From assembly GCA_950097015.1 (NCBI GenBank), contig CATNEN010000026.1, positions 1,612,001 through 1,676,000 on the forward strand: a stretch of 64,000 nucleotides of DNA, given 5' to 3'. Below, piece by piece: positions 25,000 through 37,123 of this stretch. The notes under the pieces are model-generated. The model saw only the letters and a list, made by a program, of their open reading frames with translations, was not told the origin of the DNA and searched no databases. The stretch is from Macrostomum hystrix (taxonomy: Eukaryota > Animalia > Platyhelminthes). A program made the position numbers and the translations under genes. Each line of letters starts with the position of its first letter. Position 1 is the stretch's first letter.

Positions 25000-25519
25000 C
25001 AGCACTACCAACGTGAATTTCCCCAAGGGGATTTTTTGTGCTGCACCCGAACGGAGCAACGCAAGCACACGAAACTGAGTCGCCAGCTCTTCAGACCGTC
25101 GAGATATTCAATGGTTCTGGCCGAAGGTCGGATTTTTCCGACTTGAATTTAATTCACCCCTATACACGAATTAGCACTGCGCCTCAGTGTGGCATTTCCT
25201 GGCCTTCAAAATTTATCAGCATGTCACCCGAATGTGCCTGCATCATCTCCGTCTTCGGTGGTCACCTGCCTTTATCTAGACAAATTTGCTGGACCTTCAA
25301 GGGCTACAACAGGAGGAAATAGGTCACTATGGACACCCTGACGCGAATTTCTCCAATTTCACTGATCAAGCCTAAATATTAGGCGCAGCTCAACCACAGC
25401 ACACCATCGCCTACTAGTCTGTCAGCCAATCAGTCACCACCAATCTGTTAGCATTCAGGGTCGAATCCTCTTAGTCTTAGGTATAAAACGGGCGGTAAAA
25501 TGGCTTGGTAGTCCCACTG
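25000..25519. mobile_element. Non-autonomous DNA element, same family as 8924-9668 but not folded back
   Basis: Left part matches the 8963-9310 arm; right end aaaacgggcggtaaaatggcttggtagtcccactg is the reverse complement of 8924-8960. Confidence 0.8.
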
Positions 25520-26126
25520 GACTACACTGGACTACCTTAGCACAAATCGCTGTCCAGAATGTTTAGTTTATACACCTTGTTTTCTCATTTCAGAAAAAAT
25601 CATGTTCTTAATTAGTTTTCGAATCATTACAAAACAGTTTCGCATTGTTTTGGAACAGATTTTGATCAGCTGATAATCATTCTGCGCTTCCTCTTCGTAG
25701 ATACCCTCACATCGCGGCAGGAGGCAAAAGTACACAGACGTTATCAAACTTCAAACCAGCGAGTCGCATTGCCATGCAGCCAAGTCAACAGGCGATAATC
25801 GGTCATAAAGTGAGCGACAGCCACCCCAACTCCTTTGACGGCGGACTTTGAGCAGCTCAAGCATGACGGGGAGCTGAGTAAACAGGATTGAGATACGTTA
25901 TGGTGAGGAATATTTTGACTGAGCAAACGAGGAATCGCGTGTCTCCATTCGGCTCTGACAGCTAGAAAGGCATGAGATTTTCCGCATTGGAGCGTTGGCG
26001 TCGGCACGCGAGAAGGGCATCGCCTGATTTCTTGCTCATTCAACTGGCTGAGGACTGAGTGTGTCATTCGAGCTCTTTTGAGTGTCGCAGTTTTGACAAA
26101 ATTCCGAGCTAAGGACAAAGTAAGTT

Positions 26127-26355
26127 ATCGATAGCTCAGACTGAGGACCAGGTGAGTTGTCGATAGCTCAAACTGAGGACCAGGTGAGTTGTCGATAGCT
26201 CAAACTGAGGACCAGGTGAGTTGTCGATAGCTCAAACTGAGGACCAGGTGAGTTGTCGATAGCTCAAACTGAGGACCAGGTGAGTTGTCGATAGCTCAAA
26301 CTGAGGACCAGGTGAGTTGTCGATAGCTCAAACTGAGGACCAGGTAGGTTGTCGA
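26127..26355. repeat. 32-bp minisatellite (gatagctcaaactgaggaccaggtgagttgtc) x about 7
   Basis: Direct reading. Confidence 0.95.
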
Positions 26356-26402
26356 GTTATTGGTCAGCCGAAAGTGGCAGCATGTTTTGTTCTGATATGG
26401 GC

Positions 26403-27249
26403 ATGAGCAATTAACAATGAGCAATTAGCAATGAGCAATTAGCAATGAGCAATTAGCAATTAGCAATGAGCAATTAGCAATGAGCAATTAGCAATGAGCA
26501 ATGAGCTATGAGCAATGAGCAATGAGCAATTAGCGATGAGCAATTAGCAATTAGTAATGAGCAATGAGCAATGAGCAATGAGCAATTAGCAATTAGTAAT
26601 GAGCAATGAGCAATGAGCAATTAGCAATTAGCAATTAGCAATGAGCAATTAGCAATTAGCAATGAGCAATTAGCAATGAGCAATTAGCAATGAGCAATTA
26701 GCAATGAGCAATGAGCTATGAGCAATGAGCAATGAGCAATTAGCGATGAGCAATTAGCAATTAGTAATGAGCAATGAGCAATGAGCAATGAGCAATTAGC
26801 AATTAGCAATGAGCAATTAGCAATGAGCAATGAGCTATGAGCAATGAGCAATGAGCAATGAGCTATGAGCAATGAGCAATGAGCAATTAGCGATGAGCAA
26901 TTAGCAATTAGTAATGAGCAATGAGCAATGAGCAATGAGCAATTAGCAATTAGTAATGAGCAATGAGCAATGAGCAATGAGCAATTAGCAATTAGCAATG
27001 AGCAATTAGCAATTAGCAATGAGCAATTAGCAATGAGCAATTAGCAATTAGTAATGAGCAATGAGCAATGAGCAATGAGCAATTAGCAATTAGTAATGAG
27101 CAATGAGCAATTAGCAATGAGCAATTAGCAATTAGCAATGAGCAATGAGCAATTAGCAATGAGCAGTTAGCAATGAGCAATGAGCTATGAGCAATGAGCA
27201 ATTAGCGATGAGCAATTAGCAAGGAGCAATGAGCAATGAGCAATGGGCA
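26403..27249. repeat. 7-bp satellite (agcaatg/agcaatt)n
   Basis: Direct reading. Confidence 0.97.
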
Positions 27250-28383
27250 ACGGTGTTTTTCTCTCGTTGGCGCTTGACTGCCATGAAGTTGATGCTATCA
27301 GCCTAAGAGTAAAGATTATGCAGGATATGAGCTAAGAGGCATTGGGATTTTAATTTCCTGAACAAACGATTATTCCTAGAAATAATTGAGCTACTCCTAT
27401 TTTCTCTTGCTCTTGAACTCCTAGCTGACAACAATTATTCACAAAACAAATGCAATCACACTTGAAATTAAAAAGCTGAAATGGTGAATAGGAACTAAAA
27501 TGAAGAGAGAAAGACAAGAAGAGTGGAGAGGAGGAGAGAGGAAGAGGGAGAGAGAAGGAGTGGAGGGGAGAGGATAGGATGAGAGGGTTAGGTCCAGAAA
27601 ATAAGCGAATAAATACTTCAATCTTTCCAATAGGATAATCTGACTAAAGCAGCCTTTGATCTATAGGCAAACGGAGCTGAATTAGCTCGTATCAGGCACA
27701 TGCCATTCGTCAAGATTAACTATATTGGATTAATCCCATTGCGGTTGTCTCATGCAATGCGTCTGAGCTGGTGCTGTTACAGGAAGTTGACTTACTGAGC
27801 ACACTGAACTCACAGTTACCGTGGCCTGGTCTCCGCCCCCACTTTTTTCCTTTTTTAGTTAATCTTGTTCCCCCTTAGAGGAAGCTGGAAGGTCGCCAGC
27901 CAGAACCTGGTAATTTAGTTCACTGAAATTATTCAGGCATGCATACCTTATGTACATAGGAGTACGATTCAATTACTTTGTAGAGTTCAGCGTTCTGCTC
28001 GAAAAAAATGTTATCAAGTGTATTGCGAAGCTAGTAGCTACATGGTTAAAATTTCTTCACTAAAAATATATACATACATATATATACTAAATATATACAT
28101 TCTACAAACAAAACAAAACCAAGCAAAGATATCTTTCGAAGGTCCTGGAAAATTAAGATTTCCCGCGTCTTCGCGAATCGATGGACTGATATAGAGGCTT
28201 GAAGAGGGACAGAGAATAAATGAAGGCCGATGCCATATGCACTTCTCTTAGACAAGCTTAATTAGCAGCTCAGCGATTTCCTGAACCTGGTCTTGCTTCT
28301 GAATACAAATTAAATATAGATTCCGCTGAATAGGAGCACTTCACACAGGTCTTGTTCAAATAGCGTAACTATTTCATTGTTAA

Positions 28384-28497
28384 TAAGGACTAGCTGTGAC
28401 ATTGATGCTGTGATATTGGTAAGGACTAGCTGTGACATTGATGCTGTGATATTGGTAAGGACTAGCTGTGACATTGATGCTGTGATATTGGTAAGGA
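28384..28497. repeat. 36-bp tandem repeat x3
   Basis: taaggactagctgtgacattgatgctgtgatattgg at 28384, 28420, 28456. Confidence 0.93.
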
Positions 28498-28699
28498 TAC
28501 AGGCTTTAAATACAAATGTACATCCCTAAACTTCATAATCCGTAATATTTGTTTTGACTGCTTGAACTAAAGAGAAATAGGACATCTAAATAAAGAGTTA
28601 TTTAGATCGGCTTTCGCAGCGCGTCCTGTCGTGGCCCCGGCTACAGGGGCGTGATCAGCAGGACGTCCTGCACCTGTGGCCTGCTACCTCCTGAGTATC

Positions 28700-29270
28700 C
28701 CAGCTCCATAGGTACAGTTCTTAGACAGACAACACCTCTGTCGTCTCGATATTCCCCGCTTTGAATAGCCCGGCCGATGTCGCAACCGCCACCAGGCTAA
28801 TAATAATGATAATAATAATAATAATTTCAGGAGGGCTGCGGGCAATGGCACATCGTTTAGTGACACTAGACCCGCAGCCTGCGAGGAGGCAATTCAGCCC
28901 ATTCCGTTGACTCATGAGCACACACGCGCACAGATACCGTACGCAGGCACACGCTCACACAGGTGTGTACATCTACCCCTGACTTTCTCATCGTCAGGCA
29001 GTGTACACTTTCGCTGTGCCTTGGAGGTTGGCCCTCAAGGGCGTAAATTGCACGACAAGCCACCAAGCCTTCTCTCGGCGGCTGCGCCCCAAATAAATGT
29101 GGCCTCGCCGTGGAATCGAACTTAGGGACCTTGGTGCGAGAGGCAAACGCTTTAACCGCTCTGCCACCGACCCCCTCGCCACCAGGTCGGGCTGGGCTTC
29201 CTCAGCCGAGGAGGCAAGCAGGTCATCGGCGTAACCCAGGAGCGACAGCCGCTTATTACTCAGGTTTCTG
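28700..29270 (-). mobile_element. LINE reverse-transcriptase remnant with YADD motif, split by a SINE
   Basis: Removing the SINE and one TSD copy gives NKRLSLLGYADDLLASSAEEAQPDLVAVATSAGLFKAGNIETTEVLSV; YADD at 29222-29233. Confidence 0.75.
28797..29175 (-). mobile_element. tRNA-derived SINE family 2, full-length
   Basis: 5' GGGGGTCGG, A box TGGCAGAGCGG, B box AGTTCGATTCC, (ATT)n tail, 10-bp TSD cgccaccagg at 28787-28796 and 29177-29186. Confidence 0.9.
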
Positions 29271-30106
29271 AAATGGACAGTTTGGAATTTTTAAGCAAAT
29301 CCAACTTGATTTTAGTCTAGCCTTGTGTATTAGAATATTTATCGCTTCACTATTTGTAACGTAGTTTATTTGGCTTGACTAATGAAGGTCGCCATTAGAA
29401 ATAACAGAGGATTAATCGAGGATTATAAGTAAACAAATAATTATTTAGAATGATGCTTAAGTTATAATGGTTATTCATAAAAACTATACGAGAAGTAGGC
29501 TTGTTTGCAGTTAAAAACCCATGCACACGAGCACACATTTAGGATTATCTGATTGCAACTATAGTAGTCATCGAGTATTGCAAACAATAGCAGGTACAAT
29601 TATACAGAGTGAACAAAGTCGAAAGTGTTTATTGCGCAGTTAGTGCTGTAAATAAGAACTGATTGGGTGGACTTGGGTGGACACTAATATTTCAGGACTT
29701 TAATTTCTAATGCAAACTTTTAGTGCAATTCAATTCGGACGTGTGACACTGACGTAGGCTTGGGAGATTCGAGAGCGTGTTGACAGACAGTTGGGGTCTT
29801 AGACCGAGGCGTTCAGCTCGACGGAAACTGGGGAGCGAACACAGAGTACCGGATGCGGCACTTCAGCCGTCTCGAATGTCGGCGAGTTCAGGCGCCCGGA
29901 TACGCCTTCTAATTAGGAACAGAATGTAGAACGAACGAAGTGTCATCGCCTCTGGCTTATTAACTACTAGACCAGTGACCAGATGGCTTTGTCGGCTCGA
30001 CCTCACAATAACCTCACTCGACAGGATTTATAAAGATTGTTAGAAAAACTAGAAAAATTGGGTTAACCGCAGAGGTGGCAAGTTTGTCTTCAAGTTTGTC
30101 AAGCCT

Positions 30107-31345
30107 TCAAGCGTCAATCTCATCGGAGTTTCCCAGCGTTCTCAACGGAATCTCCGCCTCAGAGCAGCTGCTCTCCTTGGCCTGACGAGCCGGAAGGCTG
30201 CTCATCTGCAGCTGCTGTTGCTGCGGCGGCGGCTGCTTGAAGCGGCTCGGCAGAAGGCGCCTGCAGGCGTCGTGCTTGTGTGTCAGAAGGATGCAACAGA
30301 CGAAGGCGAAGTACGCTATGGCGCTGAGTACATTCTTCAGCGGCTGCAGGATGTAGAGCAGCAGGACGTACTCCCGAGGCGACAGCTCTTTGCGAAGATG
30401 GACTGTGCGAGCTTTGAAGGCGCCGGTGGCAGCCAATGGCGGGTAGCAGACCACAGCAAGGACCAGGAAAAGGGCCCGAGAGCTGGCGTTGATCAGGTCG
30501 ACGCTCTCAAAGCCTGACTGCTGCTGCTGCTGTCGGTTTTGCTGACGAGGCCGCGGGCGCTGGTGCTGTTGCAACTGTTGGTTCGGATGTCGGCGCGAAC
30601 GAAGACAGCCGAGCAGCACAATGACAGCGCTAGCCCCAAACAGCAAGGCTGGCGCGTAGGCGTTCGCCACAACCTCTAGGATGATCGACACCACGTAGAC
30701 GGTGTTGAACTCCGGCAGAATGCCGCAGACCAGTTCATCCTTGGCCAGCTGGATCTCCCTGGTGACGTTAGCCGAATCTAACTGTCCCTCATCGGCTGCC
30801 CCGATGCCGCTGCGACGCGACTCGTGCGGGCTGACGATGCTGAACATCCAGATGTAGTTTAGGTGCCCGGCCAGTCCAACGGCTCCAGCGGCTGCGGCGC
30901 CAATGCGCAGGCGAAACTGGCTGAAGTGTTTCAATGCGAAGCGAGGACTGATGCTCATGGCGGCTCGCTCCATGGCGAACAGAGCTAACAGCCAGACCTG
31001 AGCAGTGGTGGTGGTGTTGTCGCTGAAGTGGTAGAGCTTGCACACCCAGGCTGTGACGTGTCGCCCGGCCACGGTCAGGAGGTCGGGTCTGTTCAGCACG
31101 GTGAAGCCGGCCTTGTGCAGCAGGCAAAGAAGATCGGCCACGCAGTTCCAGCGGATGATGAGCAGGCAGCCGAGCCGGTAGCGGCTGAACGGGCGCCGGC
31201 TCAGCAGGTGTATGCAGGCGGATAACAGGGCTATGGAGACGCAGCAATGGCCCAGAGCCACCCAGGTCAGGGTGGAGCTCAGATCGGTGGACTCGCTGCC
31301 AGCTGGAATCGTCCAGTTGCTGCTGCTGCTGCTAGCTTCCTGCAT
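30107..31345 (-). CDS. Intronless rhodopsin-class (class A) GPCR, orphan, about 412 aa
   Basis: 415-codon ORF with ATG at 31345; seven hydrophobic segments; N-glycosylation site NWT; TM2 ADLL; TM3 Cys (WVCKLYHF) and MER in place of DRY; ECL2 Cys (LVCGIL). Confidence 0.85.
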   Translation of the reverse strand: MQEASSSSSNWTIPAGSESTDLSSTLTWVALGHCCVSIALLSACIHLLSRRPFSRYRLGCLLIIRWNCVADLLCLLHKAGFTVLNRPDLLTVAGRHVTAWVCKLYHFSDNTTTTAQVWLLALFAMERAAMSISPRFALKHFSQFRLRIGAAAAGAVGLAGHLNYIWMFSIVSPHESRRSGIGAADEGQLDSANVTREIQLAKDELVCGILPEFNTVYVVSIILEVVANAYAPALLFGASAVIVLLGCLRSRRHPNQQLQQHQRPRPRQQNRQQQQQSGFESVDLINASSRALFLVLAVVCYPPLAATGAFKARTVHLRKELSPREYVLLLYILQPLKNVLSAIAYFAFVCCILLTHKHDACRRLLPSRFKQPPPQQQQLQMSSLPARQAKESSCSEAEIPLRTLGNSDEIDA

Positions 31346-32105
31346 TGTCTTCAATGAGATTCTACTGTCCTTGTTATTTGAGCGGTTGGCGCATAATAAT
31401 GGGGAGCAGGAAAGTCTAATTAATAGACTTGGGAATCAGGGGTGGGGGCAGTCAGATCCGAGGCATGGGATTGGCTGCATGTCCCAGCCAGCCATAGGAG
31501 CAGCAGACAAGGTCATTTGGAGGCAAAATCGAAGTACAATGGACAGGGGATTCTAGGCGTAGTAAATAAATAGATAGAGCAGTCTGCTGTTGTTGGACTA
31601 GTGACAGAAAATGTTGTTCTCGAACTGGCATTGTAGCGCAGCTTCAAACATGTGATCAGTAGGTAGCAGGGACCTAGCTCGTTTGCTGCTAAGAGTTCGT
31701 TTGTTAAGCGTCCCGCGGAGACAGAGCGATACGAATTGTTGGCTTGCTAACAGAGCGGGAAGGGGAGATACGAGATTGGCTGCGAGGAGACACAATAAAC
31801 GACGCCCCACTAAACAAGCACTGAAATCTATTCTGCCTGATGCAACTGGAGCTGCTATATACGATAATACAAAATGTGAATTGTAAAATGTAAAATTGTT
31901 AAAATGTTAAAAGACTTTGAGTCTTCTAAAGATCAGTTTTTTCAACGGATAAGTTTGTAGTTAATGTTGAACGATGCACGATGTACATGGAAAATGAGTG
32001 TCGGTATAGTTGGAGCATGAGAGAAATATTAAGGGGTAGCTTATATTTCAAAAGATAAAAAAGTCCTGTCCTTGTCTTTAATTAATAATAATTATTATTA
32101 TAATC

Positions 32106-32370
32106 GATTACACCTGCCCCAATTGGGTCAGATGTGCAGCCGACAGCACAGCCGCAGCTAATGCGCGGCGCATCTGAAGGCTGCGTACAGCTGTTCAGTC
32201 CATGGACTGGGGGGGACGCCACACCCACCTTCAATTATCCCAGCTGATGCTGGTACCCATTTAACAGCTGGGTGAACTGAAGCAATGCAGAGTTGTTCCA
32301 GTGGAGTCGGGAATCGAACCCCCGACCTTCAAGTCGTGAGTCCGACGCCCTAACCACTAGGCTACAACCT
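32106..32370 (-). mobile_element. tRNA-derived SINE family 1
   Basis: A box TAGCCTAGTGG, B box GGTTCGATTCC, AT-rich tail at about 32081-32105; about 26-bp internal deletion relative to the 33313 copy. Confidence 0.9.
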
Positions 32371-32373
32371 CTT

Positions 32374-32503
32374 AATCTTTGTTTAAGCGATCTTTGTTTA
32401 TTAATTCGAGAGGTCACGCTTCACACACAACTGCCTTAGCGTCGAGGCCGGTAGGCTTAATAAATTAATAAATTAATAAACAAAGATCGCTTAAACAAAG
32501 ATT
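32374..32503. repeat. Perfect 33-bp inverted repeat around a 64-bp spacer (MITE-like)
   Basis: aatctttgtttaagcgatctttgtttattaatt (32374-32406) and its exact reverse complement (32471-32503). Confidence 0.85.
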
Positions 32504-33293
32504 CAATCACCCTTCGCTTTCAATAGGGTGATTGTGTAGCGGTTTGTTGGTCGCTAGAGCTAGGCGGTGGTTTTTTTGTATTGTTTGTTGAGTCTCGTAT
32601 GACATCGGAAAGGCTTGATTATTGCTGGATCGGATGCAGTATATTTATTTTAGTGTTTAGTGTTTATTTTAGTATTTTAGTGTTTCCGAGAGTTTCTAGA
32701 AATATACTGTACGGTAAAACAAATATAATCGAGCTACTTATTATTATAGTTAGGTGTGGGCGCATATTGAGTTTGTGTTAGATACTTACAATTTGATATA
32801 CAATAATTTATGGTTAAATATGCGATTATTGAACTCAAGGAATATTCTAGAAACAATGGCGAAGTTTAATTTGTGCTATATGACAGAATTTTCTAGAAGT
32901 CGATATTTTCGTACCGCATGTGAGTTTCGCGAATTAAGGTCGCTACAAGGTCACTACAATTGAATGAGAGGATTGGCCAGAGGGTGAGAAATGATAAAAA
33001 GGGGGGAGAGGGGTTGAGGAAAGAGAGACGACGAGCGAGCCAATCAGAGACTCACGTGAATGTTAGCTGAGAAGTTTAATATACTGAGGGAGAGAGAAGA
33101 GAGTGCAGTAAGAGGGCATGTGTAAACCACAACAGACGCTGAAAGCGAGCGTGAAAGCGAGAAGTAATTACAACGTTTTTTTCATTGTGAATCGTTTTAA
33201 TTTGTCGTCATTTCTAAACAAGTTTCGCACTCAGTCTTCGTCGGTACAAGATTGCCAAGATGTGTACTTGCATGTTTATTGCATTAGCAATAA

Positions 33294-33602
33294 TAATATA
33301 ATTAATATAATTGATTACACCTGCCCCAATCGGGCAAGATGGGCAGCCAACAGCACAGCCGCAGCTATTGCGCGGCGCATCTGAAGGCTGCGTACAGCTG
33401 TTCAGTCCATGGACTGGGGGGACGCCACACCCACCTTCAATTATCCCAGCTGATGCTGGTACCCATTTAACAGCTGGGTGAACTGAAGCAATGCAGAGTT
33501 AAGTGTCTTGCTAAAGGACGCAAATTGTTCCAGTGGAGTCGGGAATCGAACCCCCGACCTTCAAGTCGTTAGTCCGACGCCCTAACCCCTAGGCTACAAC
33601 CT
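33294..33602 (-). mobile_element. tRNA-derived SINE family 1, full-length
   Basis: A and B boxes; 11-bp direct repeat attagcaataa at 33283-33293 and 33606-33616 (TSD). Confidence 0.9.
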
Positions 33603-34245
33603 ATTATTAGCAATAAAAAGCTTAATATAAGTATTTTATGTAGATTAACACCTATATTTATTTATTTCTAATGCGGGTTTCTTATAATCGCGACAGACGC
33701 CATGACGTGCGCTGTTCGCTCGTTAAATTTAATCTCGACTTGCCTGGATAAAAAGACGCTAAAATTAGTTTTGTTAAAACCGCAAAAGCGGCCATCTCAA
33801 CCGGTTCTTACTCAAGCTATCCAACGTCCCTTGAAATAACCATGCAGACTTATTGGAAATCTGAAATTATTATCCGGATTAAATAGGATTTTCGTTCGGC
33901 GCTTTTAGTCGAAGCACGATTTAGAAGCCCTGGTGATAATCTTTGGTTTCCTCATTCTAGTTATTCACAATGGCCGCTTCTATCTTCTTTCCTCCGTTGC
34001 CCCATGCCAACTCACGCGCTTTAGAATTTAAAGACTTTAGGACTCAGCCATGTCTAACGCATCATGATTACATAGAGCTTAAGCAACTGACTAATCCTAA
34101 TGACTAATTCTAATGGCAGACGCTCACTGAACGTCGAACACGATGCAATTTATCGCTGCTAGGTTCTCTCACAGCGATGTACTATTGGGTTCGTGTACTT
34201 GAAGAAAGCTGTGTATAATTATTTCCAGAAATCAGATAGAAATTT

Positions 34246-34805
34246 CTGGGAACTGAGGAACTGAGTTATGAGGAACTGAGTTCCTCAGTCAGTCAGTTCC
34301 TCAGTCACTGAGTTCCTCAGTCAGTCAGTTCCTCAGTCACTACGTTCCTCAGTCACTGAGTTCCTCAGTCAGTCAGTTCCTCAGTCACTACGTTCCTCAG
34401 TCACTGAGTTCCTCAGTCAGTCAGTTCCTCAGTCACTGAGTTCCTCGGTCAGTCAGTTCCTCAGTCACTAAGTTCCTCAGTCATTTCCTCAGTCACTGAG
34501 TTCCTCAGTCAGTCAGTTCCTCAGTCACTAAGTTCCTCAGTCATTTCCTCAGTCACTCAGTTTCTCAGTCACTGAGTTCCTCAGTCAGTCAGTTCCTCAG
34601 TCAGTCAGTTCCTCAGTCACTCAGTTCCTCAGTCAGTCAGTTCCTCAGTCACTGAGTTCCTCAGTCAGTCAGTTCCTCAGTCACTAAGTTCCTCAGTCAC
34701 TCAGTTCCTCAGTCACTAAGTTCCTCAGTCACTCAGTTCCTCAGTCACTCAGTTCCTCAGTCACTCAGTTCCTCAGTCACTCAGTTCCTCAATCACTCAG
34801 TTCCT
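34246..34805. repeat. Minisatellite of ttcctcagtcactgag / ttcctcagtcagtcag variants with an inverted leading segment
   Basis: Direct reading. Confidence 0.95.
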
Positions 34806-35388
34806 CCTGTCAGGTGCCAGGTGCTAGGTGCAATCCGGCTTCACCTCTCAGGTAACTAATTATTGGTCATCCGATTCAGAATATTTAGAAGCTTTGAACC
34901 GGCTGCCCACGCATGGAACCAGAAAGCCATTTGGAAATCTAGAAAAGGGATTCTATTACAGCCGGATTATTAGTCAGCAGATACTGGCCGGGAACCGACC
35001 CCCGAGCCAAATTCTGATTAACAAAGCTCTTCCCCTTTAGATATTTCTTCATCGGGGCTTCCTAATCTTAGTGGGCCTGCGTGATTAGTGCTTATTAAGG
35101 CATAAATATGCAAGGCAAATATGAATGGCATCAGTCTAATGCACAGATTCAGGCCTTCATGCATAGCCCCCTGATTGCGTGCCGCCGCAGTCGGCTGGAT
35201 TACTGCTCCAAACCTGAAAATTAAACTGATCAATTCCAACTTATTGGCTTTCAATTCGCCCACACAGCGACTGCCAGGGGCTTCACTTATGCTTTTTCAA
35301 AGCAATTTCAATCTCATTTGATATTTCGATGCTTTTATTCAAGTGATTAACGTTTTGGTCTAATTTGCCTCTATCTCATCTTAACTGT

Positions 35389-35692
35389 CCACTCCTCTCC
35401 TCTCCTCTCCTCTCCTCTCCTCTCCTCTCCTCTCCTCTCCTCTCCTCTCCTCACCTCTCCTCTCCCCTCCCCTCCCCTCCCCTCCTCTCCTCTCCTCTCC
35501 TCTCCTGTCCTCTCCTCCCCTCTCCTCTCCTCTTCTCTTCTCTCCTCTCCTCTCCTCTCCTCTCCTCTCCTCTCCTCTCCTCTCCTCTCCTCTCCTCTCC
35601 TCTCCTCTCCTCTCCTCTCCTCTCCTCTCCTCTCCTCTTCTCTCCTCTCCTCTTCTCTCCTCTCCTCTCCTCTCCTCTCCCCTCCCCTCCTC
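35389..35692. repeat. (CCTCT)n microsatellite
   Basis: Direct reading. Confidence 0.97.
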
Positions 35693-36088
35693 ATAAAAAT
35701 GAAAATTAAAACATAAAAATTACTCGAGCCGACTTCGAGGATCCTCTTGATAAAATGTTGACAAAGAACGCAATCTGCAGGTCATGCAATGATTTCCCAC
35801 TGCGTCTCACTGCACAGTAACTACCATGCTTTATATCCAAATCAGCCGTGAGTGGATTGATGACGAGGACCTCTGCAGAACTCTGCTATTAGAGAATGCT
35901 TATGACCAATTAGTGGTGAAGAAGACAAGAAAATTGCAAAAACGTTTTTGATACGTTTTTGATATTCATTTTTTCCTTTCTGAGAAGAATTTCTTATAGT
36001 GAGGCATCTGATGGCAACATCAAATGCCTCACTATAGCCAGAAAAGTAGCCAGAACAGTAGCTAGAACAGTAGCTAGAACAGTAGCTC

Positions 36089-36680
36089 TACACAGCATCT
36101 GATGACACATTACACAGCATCTGATGACACATTACACAGCATCTGATGACACAGTACACAGCATCTGATGACACATTACACAGCATCTGATGACACATTA
36201 CACAGCATCTGATGACACATTACACAGCATCTGATGACACATTACACAGCATCTGATGACACATTACACAGCATCTGATGACACATTACACAGCATCTGA
36301 TGACACATTACACAGCATCTGATGACACATTACACAGCATCTGATGACACATTACACAGCATCTGATGACACATTACACAGCATCTGATGACACATTACA
36401 CAGCATCTGATGACACATTACACAGCATCTGATGACACATTACACAGCATCTGATGACACAGTACACAGCATCTGATGACACATTACACAGCATCTGATG
36501 ACACATTACACAGCATCTGATGACACATTACACAGTATCAGATGACACATTACACAGCATCTGATGACACAGTACACAGCATCTGATGACACATTACACA
36601 GCATCTGATGACACATTACACAGCATCTGATGACACATTACACAGCATCTGATGACACATTACACAGCATCTGATGACAG
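36089..36680. repeat. 22-bp minisatellite (cagcatctgatgacacattaca)n
   Basis: Direct reading. Confidence 0.97.
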
Positions 36681-37123
36681 ATGGCCTATAATGCATTAAG
36701 AGGCTTATCTCAAGTCACTACATTCAATATCTGGTAGCTTCGCATTTTTAAACGCAGATTTTAACGTCGCACTTGTTTTGAATAAAATACAATCTTTAGT
36801 TGGCCAAATGCTAATTTTCTCGATTTTGTTTTCAAACAAAGTTTAACACAGTGAAAGGTCGGGCGAGTTTAGTAACACTGTCTAACGCTACGCAATTCAA
36901 TAGAATTCACTAACTGTAACCAGAAGCTCGATTGAATATCATTAAGGTGTTATTGATATTTCGGAACAGTCGCATTGCTAATGAGCCGAAAGAAGGTAAT
37001 TGGGGTAGAACAGAACTTAGCCCGAAAAGGGACGCGCTGTTAAAAATTGCCTTAAATATCTGCTACACGAGTGAAAACTGACTTCAGTAGCTCTACCAAG
37101 CTGAGCTTTTCAACAGGCCAAGA

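Noticed and set aside
25744-26118. 124-aa minus-strand ORF and a possible plus-strand exon ending at gtaagt
   Set aside because: No family similarity, and the plus-strand frame has an upstream stop without a good acceptor.
30218-31556. Plus-strand ORFs overlapping the GPCR, and similar shadow ORFs over protocadherin and cubilin exons
   Set aside because: Antisense or alternate-frame shadows of GC-rich coding sequence.
32290-32370. tRNA-like sequences (also at about 33530-33602, 29100-29175, 42320-42398)
   Set aside because: They are SINE heads: mismatched anticodon stems, continuation into a shared SINE body, simple-repeat tails and TSDs.
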